Origin: Macrostomum lignano
Taxonomy: Eukaryota
Assembly (NCBI GenBank): GCA_002269645.1
Contig: NIVC01000994.1
Span: 124,001-188,000, forward strand
Direction of reading: 5' to 3'
Length of the DNA: 64,000 nt
Shown here: positions 23,901-34,900 of the stretch, one piece after another
Layout of the letters: each line of letters starts with the position of its first letter
Numbering within the stretch: position 1 is the first letter of the stretch
Notes under the pieces: generated by a model
The model's database searches: none
What the model was told of the DNA's origin: nothing
What the model saw: the letters and a program-made list of their open reading frames with translations, nothing else
Translations under genes and position numbers: made by a program

Positions 23901-26900
23901 ACTTGAATAGCTATCAAAATGGCACTTGAATAGCTATCAAAATGGCACTTGAATAGCTATCAAAATGGCACTTGAATAGCTATCAAAATGGCACTTGAAT
24001 AGCTATCAAAATGGCACTTGAATAGCTATCAAAATGGCACTTGAATAGCTATCAAAATGGCACTTGAATAGCTATCAAAATGGCACTTGAATAGCTATCA
24101 AAATGGCACTTGAATAGCTATCAAAATGGCACTTGAATAGCTATCAAAATGGCACTTGAATAGCTATCAAAATGGCACTTGAATAGCTATCAAAATGGCA
24201 CTTGAATAGCTATCAAAATGGCACTTGAATAGCTATCAAAATGGCACTTGAATAGCTATCAAAATGGCACTTGAATAGCTATCAAAATGGCGCTTGAATA
24301 GCTATCAAAATGGCGCTTGAATAGCTATCAAAATGGCGCTTGAATAGCTATCAAAATGGCGCTTGAATAGCTATCAAAATGGCACTTGAATAGCTATCAA
24401 AATGGCACTTGAATAGCTATCAAAATGGCGCTTGAATAGCTATCAAAATGGCGCTTGAATAGCTATCAAAATGGCACTTGAATAGCTATCAAAATGGCAC
24501 TTGAATAGCTATCAAAATGGCACTTGAATAGCTATCAAAATGGCGCTTGAATAGCTATCAAAATGGCGCTTGAATAGCTATCAAAATGGCGCTTGAATAG
24601 CTATCAAAATGGCACTTGAATAGCTATCAAAATGGCACTTGAATAGCTATCAAAATGGCACTTGAATAGCTATCAAAATGGCGCTTGAATAGCTATCAAA
24701 ATGGCACTTGAATAGCTATCAAAATGGCGCTTGAATAGCTATCAAAATGGCGCTTGAATAGCTATCAAAATGGCGCTTGAATAGCTATCAAAATGGCGCT
24801 TGAATAGCTATCAAAATGGCACTTGAATAGCTATCAAAATGGCGCTTGAATAGCTATCAAAATGGCACTTGAATAGCTATCAAAATGGCGCTTGAATAGC
24901 TATCAAAATGGCACTTGAATAGCTATCAAAATGGCGCTTGAATAGCTATCAAAATGGCACTTGAATAGCTATCAAAATGGCGCTTGAATAGCTATCAAAA
25001 TGGCACTTGAATAGCTATCAAAATGGCACTTGAATAGCTATCAAAATGGCACTTGAATAGCTATCAAAATGGCGCTTAAAAAGCTATCAAAATGGCGCTT
25101 GAATAGCTATCAAAATGGCACTTGAATAGCTATCAAAATGGCACTTGAATAGCTATCAAAATGGCGCTTGAATAGCTATCAAAATGGCGCTTGAATAGCT
25201 ATCAAAATGGCGCTTGAATAGCTATCAAAATGGCGCTTGAATAGCTATCAAAATGGCGCTAAATATTGATCAAAATGGCGCTAAAATAATGATCAAAATG
25301 GCGCTTAAGTGTCAAAATGGCGCTAAAATAGCTGCAAAAATGGGGCTTAAAATCTTTTTATTAATGCTAAAAAGGTATTTTAAAAAATGATTTAAAAGTA
25401 TCGACCTAAAAAAAGCCAAGGATGGAATAAAATAAAAGATCAATCTCTAAAATAGTGTATCTAAGTAAAACTAAACATTACTTTTTTACTTTTTCAGCCG
25501 CAATAGCAAACTACAGTAGAATTTAAAAAGTTGTGCAGCATTAAATTGAATCCACTCACGCAATGGCTTATTGAATGAGATCTGCTGTCTGCTGTCTTCA
25601 GCCTCCAGTGCATGACCTCCCGCTGCGCCCGCTATTAAAGTGAGCAATTAAAATCCAATTAACCTCCCACCACAGGTCTGGACGAGTTCTGCTCCGACAT
25701 CAAGAATGCGATCGGCATCTCGCCTGGCATCTTCTGGCGCATCACCTGGAAGATCATATCGCCCGCGTTCATTCTGGTGCGTCTGGTGGCGCAAATTCTA
25801 ATAATACCTAACCGCCTCAATTGTTTTCATATTGCAACGGTGCCATTATATTACTGCTTTGCGTACTCGTAGTAGTCTAGCAGGAATTTTAGAATCTGGA
25901 CAGGTTTCGTAGGGAAAGAAAGAAATTAAGAAATTATGAAACCTATGAGTAAGCTCTTAGAAACCATAGAAATCAAATTGACTCCCTTAAAAATCTATTA
26001 GTCACCTTATAAAAACTATTTTTGAAGCCTTATAAACCAGTTTTGCCTGGTTGGAAACCAACCAATTAGGCGTCCTTAGTAACCGGTTTATCCCCATGGA
26101 AAGCACACTACACACTAATCTAAGATTTTGGCATAAAGCTTTAGACTGGCGGATCCGGGGGTCTAGGAGGTTGGCCCTCAGAAAATTAGGGGGGGTCACA
26201 ACCCCCCGGTAAAAATTCTGAATCCGCCACTAAAGCTGAAAATGCCGCGACCCCATCTGCAGTGCATCATCGTGGCCACGATCTACACTTCGTTCGACAC
26301 GACCAGCTATTTGTACTTTTACGCCTACTCGATGTACCACCCGGAGCTGTTTCCCAATCGCACGTCGGACGGCGTCTATTTGTACTTTTATTCGGATTCG
26401 GCCAAAGCGATCGGCTGGACGCTGACCCTGGTGCAGATTGCGGCCATCTTCCTGTTCGCCATCATCGCTATCGTTCAGTACAGGGTGAGGGGCTGGGGAC
26501 CGCGTCAATATGTAGTCAGTAAACTGTTGAATGATAGCAGACCAAAAATAATATATATTTGAATCTATTAATCAATCATTCAAGGAACTAGTGTACTATT
26601 GCATCAATAAGCCAATCAATCAATTTACCAGTCAATTTAACCGACAAGTTAACCAATCAACAAATCAATAAATCAATAAATCAATAAATCAATCAATCAA
26701 TCAATCAATCAACAAGTCAACCAATCAATCAATAAATCCATCAATCAACAAATCAACAAATCCATCAATCAATCAATCAATCAACAAATCAACAAATCCA
26801 TCGATCAATCAATCAATCAATCAATCAACAAATCAACAAATCCATCTATCAATCAATCAATCAACAAATAAACAAATCCATCAATCAATCAGTCAACAAA

Positions 26901-27400
26901 TCAACAAATCCATCAATCAATCAATCAATCAACAAATCCATCAATAAATCCATCAATCAACAAATTCATCAATCAATCAATCAATCAACAAATCCATCAA
27001 TAAATCCATCAATCAATCAATCAATCAGTCAACAAATCCATCAATCAATCAACTCAACACCCTGCAGAGCGTGCTGAAGGCGATCTCGCCGGTGTGGCAG
27101 CACGCGGCCATCGATTCGGGCGGCAGCAGGACCCGGGCCTCCTGGCGGCACTGGCTTAGCCTGGGTCCCACAAACGTGTTCCCCCTGCGGCAGCTCTGCC
27201 CGGCCAAGCTGCCAGTCACCGACCTGACTGGCCAGCAGTCGGTCGACGGCGAAGGCGACGAGTTGCAGTCGCGCCGGCGACGTCAGGATCAGCAGCACGA
27301 GAACGGCGGCTACATCGGCAGCGAGGCCTCGGCTGCCAGAGGCGGCAGATATCAGGCCGACGTTCTTGACGGAGGCGCGATCGAGATCCACTATAAATAA
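14953..27400 (+). CDS. SLC6 sodium:neurotransmitter symporter, monoamine-transporter (DAT/NET-like) type; 10 coding exons, ~668 aa; apparent 1-nt deletion near 20124-20130
   Basis: Exons 14953-15085, 15927-16287, 19377-19647, 20073-20300, 21415-21527, 22396-22539, 23274-23373, 25676-25776, 26263-26484, 27068-27400. All are GT-AG and phases are compatible once 1 nt is restored in exon 4. Signatures: [94 protein letters not shown]. Confidence 0.88.
15112..15830. repeat. G-rich ~15-bp minisatellite (ggggaatgggtaaca) in SLC6 intron 1
   Basis: Starts ~26 bp after the donor at 15086; G-rich on the sense strand. Confidence 0.92.
16305..16975. repeat. 20-bp minisatellite (ctgacacactcagatccgaa) in SLC6 intron 2
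   Basis: About 33 units, starting ~17 bp after the donor at 16288. Confidence 0.93.
17540..17980. repeat. ~20-bp minisatellite (gagacaggagagtgccagaa) in SLC6 intron 2
   Basis: Read directly. Confidence 0.9.
18700..19250. repeat. 21-23 bp minisatellite (gtgacaggtagagggggaatta) in SLC6 intron 2
   Basis: Read directly; same unit family as 21565-22010. Confidence 0.9.
19810..20040. repeat. Degenerate C-rich repeat (aaatcccatatcc) in SLC6 intron 3
   Basis: Read directly; abuts the acceptor at 20072. Confidence 0.7.
20578..21281. repeat. 30-bp AT-rich minisatellite (agtaaagtattcagtgtacttttagtgatc) in SLC6 intron 4
   Basis: About 23 units in exact 30-bp register. Confidence 0.93.
21565..22010. 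repeat. 21-bp minisatellite (gtgacaggtagaggggaatta) in SLC6 intron 5
   Basis: About 21 units, starting ~40 bp after the donor at 21528. Confidence 0.92.
22682..23057 (-). mobile_element. Non-autonomous hAT-like element with an internal GA/CT expansion (copy 2), in SLC6 intron 6
   Basis: Terminus catgggtgggca is a hAT-like end. The 22960-23055 segment is the reverse complement of 1375-1465. Flanks atttaaat / attaaaat (7/8) resemble an 8-bp TSD. Confidence 0.55.
23525..25330. repeat. 23-bp minisatellite (aaaatggcacttgaatagctatc; A/G variant), ~78 units, in SLC6 intron 7
   Basis: Highly homogeneous array read directly; it decays at its 3' end. Confidence 0.95.
26144..26232. mobile_element. Tiny (~89 bp) hAT-like MITE in SLC6 intron 8
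   Basis: Ends gactggcggatcc / reverse complement tagtggcggattc; flanks aagcttta / aagctgaa. The same terminus type (tagtggcagatccaggg) recurs near 63322. Confidence 0.45.
26630..27052. repeat. (ATCA)n / aatcaacaaatcc degenerate microsatellite in SLC6 intron 9
   Basis: Read directly; ends ~15 bp before the acceptor at 27067. Confidence 0.88.
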
Positions 27401-28510
27401 ATATGTGACGATTCACGCGCAGCGCATTACTGCTGGCTATTATGTGAGGACTAGTAGCGTAGTGAGAATAGTAAGCCTATTTTACACGACGAAAGTCTGT
27501 CTTTTTTTCCGGAATAGAGATTTTGGCGCAAATTTAAATTTGAATCAATTTGAACAGTAAAGTTTGCGTACACTGTACAATCACCATTGTCTAACGTTAA
27601 CCTCAACACGCACCATTGCACATGTTAAATTGGTACTGTGTATTACAATTTTTATCAACATTTTCCTAATTATTTCTTTCTCGAATTTATAAATTAACAA
27701 AAACACACCTTATTATAGCAGTGTAAGCGTTTTACTTTATAAAAAAACAATATACGAGAGCCGCCGCAGAAATCTACAAATATAAAAAAACTGTTATAAG
27801 AGTGCACGCAATTGTGTATTTGTTTCATTTTAAATCAAAGCATTGCTATTATATTGACAGTCGCAAGATACAAGTGGGTAAAGACACAAGCTCGAAATAG
27901 AGTTCATCCGCTTACCGATTACCGCATGCAAAAAAATAAATGTCAATTTTTTCTAAGCTGCATAAATTTAATAGAAATAAATAGAAGTGCCTCCGACAGG
28001 TGACTAAAAATAATTGATATTGCGATATAAACGAATGTATAGAGAGATATTAGATTCAGTTGATACAATTGTACGAGCTATAAGGTCACTCCGGTAGGAT
28101 AATAAATCACTGTTATTAACAGCCTGTATTGCCTGCGCATAAATATTAACAAAAACAATAAAACTATATTAAGCAGAATTCCATAATTACTAGAACACGA
28201 GAAGCAAGCGAGAGAAGGTCCCAAATAATCTAAAGAAGATAAGGACTTAAGCGGAATTGCAAGAGTATAAATTATAGGGTACAGAAATAGACTAAGTTGT
28301 GAGGAAGGAGGAGATAAAATATAGACCGGACATTATGCAACAGTTTATCGGGCAAAATCGATATTTGCATAGGTTTTATTTGCATATTAGTTAAGACTAA
28401 ACGTGTTAATGTTTATTGTGTGTTCAAACAATTTCAGGGGAAAAATAATTAGCTTTCGTTTCAATAAAGACAAAATTAATTTCGCCTTTGCCGAGGAGTT
28501 GGGTAGCTGG

Positions 28511-31500
28511 GGATCAGATGGGATCAAGACTGCAATCAGGGATCAGATGGGATCAAGACTGCAACCGGGGATCAGATGGGATCAAGACTGCCAGTAGGAT
28601 TAGATGGGATCAAGACTGCCAGTAGGATTAGATGGGATCAAGACTGCAAACAGGGATTAGATGGGATCAAGACTGCAATCGGGGATCAGATGGGATCAAG
28701 ACTGCAATCAGGGATTAGATGGGATCAAGACTGCAATCGGGGATCAGATGGGATCAAGACTGCAATCAGGGATTAGATGGGATCAAGACTGCCAGTAGGA
28801 TTAGATGGGATCAAGACTGCAATCAGGGATCGGATGGGATCAAGACTGCAATCAGGGATCAGATGGGATCAAGACTGCAATCGGGGATCAGATGGGATCA
28901 AGACTGCAATCAGGGATTAGATGGGATCAAGACTGCAATCGGGGATCAGATGGGATCAAGACTGCAATCAGGGATTAGATGGGATCAAGACTGCCAGTAG
29001 GATTAGATGGGATCAAGACTGCCAGTAGGATTAGATGGGATCAAGACTGCAATCAGGGATCAGATGGGATCAAGACTGCAATCAGGGATCAGATGGGATC
29101 AAGACTGCAATCAGGGATTAGATGGGATCAAGACTGCAATCGGGGATCAGATGGGATCAAGACTGCAATCAGGGATTAGATGGGATCAAGACTGCAATCA
29201 GGGATTAGATGGGATCAAGACTGCAATCGGGATCAGATGGGATCAAGACTGCAATCAGGGATTAGATGGGATCAAGACTGCAATCGGGATCAGATGGGAT
29301 CAAGACTGCAATCAGGGATTAGATGGGATCAAGACTGCAATCGGGGATCAGATGGGATCAAGACTGCAATCAGGGATTAGATGGGATCAAGACTGCAATC
29401 GGGGATCAGATGGGATCAAGACTGCAATCGGGGATCAGATGGGATCAAGACTGCAATCAGGGATTAGATGGGATCAAGACTGCCAGTAGGATTAGATGGG
29501 ATCAAGACTGCAATCAGGGATTAGATGGGATCAAGACTGCAATCGGGGATCAGATGGGATCAAGACTGCAATCAGGGATTAGATGGGATCAAGACTGCAA
29601 TCAGGGATTAGATGGGATCAAGACTGCCAGTAGGATTAGATGGGATCAAGACTGCAATCAGGGATCAGATGGGATCAAGACTGCAATCAGGGATCAGATG
29701 GGATCAAGACTGCAATCAGGGATTAGATGGGATCAAGACTGCAATCGGGGATCAGATGGGATCAAGACTGCAATCAGGGATTAGATGGGATCAAGACTGC
29801 AATCAGGGATTAGATGGGATCAAGACTGCAATCGGGGATCAGATGGGATCAAGACTGCAATCAGGGATCAGATGGGATCAAGACTGCAATCAGGGATTAG
29901 ATGGGATCAAGACTGCAATCAGGGATTAGATGAGATCAAGACTGCAATCAGGGATCAGATGGGATCAAGACTGCAATCAGGGATCAGATGGGATCAAGAC
30001 TGCAATCAGGGACTAGATGGGATCAAGACTGCCAGTAGGATTAGATGGGATCAAGACTGCAATCAGGGATTAGATGGGATCAAGACTGCCAGTAGGATTA
30101 GATGGGATCAAGACTGCCAGTAGGATTAGATGGGATCAAGACTGCCAGTAGGATTAGATGGGATCAAGACTGCAATCAGGGATTAGGTGGGATCAAGACT
30201 GCCAGTAGGATTAGATGGGATCAAGACTGCAATCAGGGATTAGATGGGATCAAGACTGCAATCGGGGATCAGATGGGATCAAGACTGCAATCAGGGATTA
30301 GATGGGATCAAGACTGCAATCAGGGATTAGATGGGATCAAGACTGCCAGTAGGATTAGATGGGATCAAGACTGCAATCAGGGATCAGATGGGATCAAGAC
30401 TGCAATCAGGGATCAGATGGGATCAAGACTGCAATCAGGGATTAGATGGGATCAAGACTGCAATCGGGGATCAGATGGGATCAAGACTGCAATCAGGGAT
30501 TAGATGGGATCAAGACTGCAATCAGGGATTAGATGGGATCAAGACTGCCAGTAGGATTAGATGGGATCAAGACTGCCAGTAGGATTAGATGGGATCAAGA
30601 CTGCAATCAGGGATCAGATGGGATCAAGACTGCAATCAGGGATCAGATGGGATCAAGACTGCAATCAGGGATTAGATGGGATCAAGACTGCAATCGGGGA
30701 TCAGATGGGATCAAGACTGCAATCAGGGATTAGATGGGATCAAGACTGCAATCAGGGATTAGATGGGATCAAGACTGCAATCGGGGATCAGATGGGATCA
30801 AGACTGCAATCAGGGATTAGATGGGATCAAGACTGCAATCGGGGATCAGATGGGATCAAGACTGCAATCAGGGATTAGATGGGATCAAGACTGCAATCGG
30901 GGATCAGATGGGATCAAGACTGCAATCAGGGATTAGATGGGATCAAGACTGCAATCAGGGATTAGATGAGATCAAGACTGCAATCAGGGATCAGATGGGA
31001 TCAAGACTGCAATCAGGGATCAGATGGGATCAAGACTGCAATCAGGGACTAGATGGGATCAAGACTGCCAGTAGGATTAGATGGGATCAAGACTGCAATC
31101 AGGGATCAGATGGGATCAAGACTGCCAGTAGGATTAGATGGGATCAAGACTGCCAGTAGGATTAGATGGGATCAAGACTGCCAGTAGGATTAGATGGGAT
31201 CAAGACTGCAATCAGGGATTAGGTGGGATCAAGACTGCCAGTAGGATTAGATGGGATCAAGACTGCAATCAGGGATTAGATGGGATCAAGACTGCAATCG
31301 GGGATCAGATGGGATCAAGACTGCAATCAGGGATTAGATGGGATCAAGACTGCAATCAGGGATTAGATGGGATCAAGACTGCCAGTAGGATTAGATGGGA
31401 TCAAGACTGCAATCAGGGATCAGATGGGATCAAGACTGCAATCAGGGATCAGATGGGATCAAGACTGCAATCAGGGATTAGATGGGATCAAGACTGCAAT

Positions 31501-31975
31501 CGGGGATCAGATGGGATCAAGACTGCAATCAGGGATTAGATGGGATCAAGACTGCAATCAGGGATTAGATGGGATCAAGACTGCCAGTAGGATTAGATGG
31601 GATCAAGACTGCCAGTAGGATTAGATGGGATCAAGACTGCAATCAGGGATCAGATGGGATCAAGACTGCAATCAGGGATCAGATGGGATCAAGACTGCAA
31701 TCAGGGATCAGATGGGATCAAGACTGCAATCAGGGATCAGATGGGATCAAGACTGCAATCAGGGACTAGATGGGATCAAGACTGCCAGTAGGATTAGATG
31801 GGATCAAGACTGCAATCAGGGATTAGATGGGATCAAGACTGCCAGTAGGATTAGATGGGATCAAGACTGCCAGTAGGATTAGATGGGATCAAGACTGCCA
31901 GTAGGATTAGATGGGATCAAGACTGCAATCAGGGATTAGGTGGGATCAAGACTCCCAGTAGGATTAGATGGGATT
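28511..31975. repeat. 28/29-bp minisatellite array (gatgggatcaagactgcaatcagggatta and gatgggatcaagactgccagtaggatta), ~120 units, with a 1036-bp higher-order duplication
   Basis: Read directly; rare variants recur exactly 1036 bp apart (29931/30967, 30011/31047, 30181/31217). Confidence 0.95.
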
Positions 31976-34900
31976 AAGATCGGTGAAGGCGATAATCCGC
32001 TCGATGCCGATGCGCCTGAACAGGATGGGGCAGGTGTAAACAACATTAAATGACACCAAACTGTAGGTGACAAATTTGTACGGCAGTTCCACCTGCAGCA
32101 GCTGCAGATTGGCGGCTTTTTCCTCCGGGTCCAGGCCGTACATGAGACACAGGCATCTGTAGGTCAGCGCCTTCATAGCGCTGCGGGTGGCAATGAGCAC
32201 AGTGCCGCCCAGGGCCATCCGCATTGCTGTGCTTCCCAAGAACTCGAGGTCTGGGAACTTCACCGCGTAGGGCGGCGGCGCCGGCGGCCGGTTATAGAAT
32301 CCCTGCAAGGCCGGGGTGTCAATGAACCTGAAGGAATCTGAATGAACCTGAAGGAATCTTAATGAACCTGAATGAATCTGAATAAACCTGAAGAAATCTT
32401 AATGAACCTGAAGGAATCTGAATGAACCTGAAGGAATCTAAATGAACCTGAAGGAATCTGAATGAACCTGAAGAAATCTTAATGAACCTGAAGGAATCTG
32501 AATGAACCTGAAGGAATCTTAATGAACCTGAAGAAATCTGAATAAACCTGAAAGAGTCTGAATGAACCTGAAGGAATCTGAATGAACCTGAAGGAATCTG
32601 AATGAACCTGAAGGAATCTAAATGAACCTGAAGGAATCTAAATGAACCTGAAGGAATCCTAATGAACCTGAAGGAGTTTTAATGAACCTGAAGGAATCTG
32701 AATGAACCTGAAGGAATCTTAATGAACCTGAAGGAATCTAATGAACCTGAAGGAATCTTAATGAACCTGAAGGAATCTAATGAACCTGAAGGAATCAAAA
32801 TGAACCTGAAGGAATCTGAAGGAATCTGAAGGAATCTGAAGGAATCTGAATGAACCTGAAGGAATCTGAATGAACCTGAAGAAATCTTAATGAACCTGAA
32901 GGAATCTAAATAAACCTGACGAAATCCTAATGAACCTGAAGGAATCTAAATGAACCTGAAGGAATCTGAATGAACCTGAAGGAATCTGAATGAGCCTGAA
33001 GGAATCTAAATGAACCTGAAGGAATCTGAATGAACCTGAAGGAATCTTAATGAACCTGAAGGAATCTGAATGAACCTGAAGGAATCTGAATGAACCTGAA
33101 GGAATCTGAATGAACCTGAAGGAATCTGAATGAACCTGAAGGAATCTGAATGAACCTGAAGGAATCTGAATGAACCTGAAGGAATCTGAATGAACCTGAA
33201 AGAATCTGAATGAACCTGAAAAAATCTTAATGAACCTGAAGGAATCTAAATAAACCTGACGAAATCCTAATGAACCTGAAGGAATCTAAATGAACCTGAA
33301 GGAATCTGAATGAACATGAAGGAATCTGAATGAGCCTGAAGGAATCTAAATGAACCTGAAGGAATCTTAATGAACCTGAAGGAATCTGAATGAACCTGAA
33401 GGAATTTAAATAAACCTGAAGGAATCTAAATGAACCTGAAGGAATCTTAATGAACCTGAAGGAATCTAAATGAACCTGAAGGAATCTTAATGAACCTGAA
33501 GGAATCTGAATGAACCTGAAGGAATTTAAATAAACCTGAAGGAATCTAAATGAACCTGAAGGAATTTAAATGAACCTGAAGGAGCCTAAATGAACCTGAA
33601 GGAATCTGAATGAACCTAAAGGAGTTTTAATGAACCTGAAGGAATCTGAATGAACCTGAAGGAATCTTAATGAACCTGAAGGAATCTTAATGAACCTGAA
33701 GGAATCTTAATGAACCTGAAGGAATCTTAATGAACCTGAAGGAATCTTAATGAACCTGAAGGAATCTTAATGAACCTGAAGGAGCCTAAATGAACCTGAA
33801 GAAATCTAAATGAACCTGAAGGAACCTCAATGAACCTGAAGGAATCCAAATAAACCTGAAGGAATCTTAATGAACCTAAAGAAATTTAAATAAACCTGAA
33901 GGAATCTAAATGAACCTGAAGGAATCTGAATGAACCTGAAGGAGTTTTAATGAACCTGAAGGAATCTTAATGAACCTGAAGGAATCTGAATGAACCTGAA
34001 GGAATCTGAATGAACCTGAAGGAATCTGAATGAACCTGAAGGAATCTGAATGAACCTGAAGGAATCTGAATGAACCTGAAGGAATCTGAATGAACCTGAA
34101 GGAATCTGAATGAACCTGAAGGAATCTGAATGAACCTGAAGGAATCTGAATGAACCTGAAGGAATCTGAATGAACCTGAAGGAATCTGAATGAACCTGAA
34201 GGAATCTGAATGAACCTGAAGGAATCTGAATGAACCTGAAGGAATCTGAATGAACCTGAAAGAATCTGAATGAACCTGAAAAAATCTTAATGAACCTGAA
34301 GGAATCTAAATAAACCTGACGAAATCCTAATGAACCTGAAGGAATCTAAATGAACCTGAAGGAATCTGAATGAACATGAAGGAATCTGAATGAGCCTGAA
34401 GGAATCTAAATGAACCTGAAGGAATCTTAATGAACCTGAAGGAATCTGAATGAACCTGAAGGAATTTAAATAAACCTGAAGGAATCTAAATGAACCTGAA
34501 GGAATCTTAATGAACCTGAAGGAATCTAAATGAACCTGAAGGAATCTTAATGAACCTGAAGGAATCTGAATGAACCTGAAGGAATTTAAATAAACCTGAA
34601 GGAATCTAAATGAACCTGAAGGAATCTAAATGAACCTGAAGGAGCCTAAATGAACCTGAAGGAATCTGAATGAACCTAAAGGAGTTTTAATGAACCTAAA
34701 GGAGTTTTAATGAACCTGAAGGAATCTGAATGAACCTGAAGGAATCTTAATGAACCTGAAGGAATCTTAATGAACCTGAAGGAATCTTAATGAACCTGAA
34801 GGAATCTTAATGAACCTGAAGGAATCTTAATGAACCTGAAGGAGCCTAAATGAACCTGAAGAAATCTAAATGAACCTGAAGGAACCTCAATGAACCTGAA

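Noticed and set aside
28576-31876. Numerous MGSRLQSGIRWDQDC ORFs
   Set aside because: They are by-products of the 28/29-bp array, with ATG inside the unit and frequent stops.
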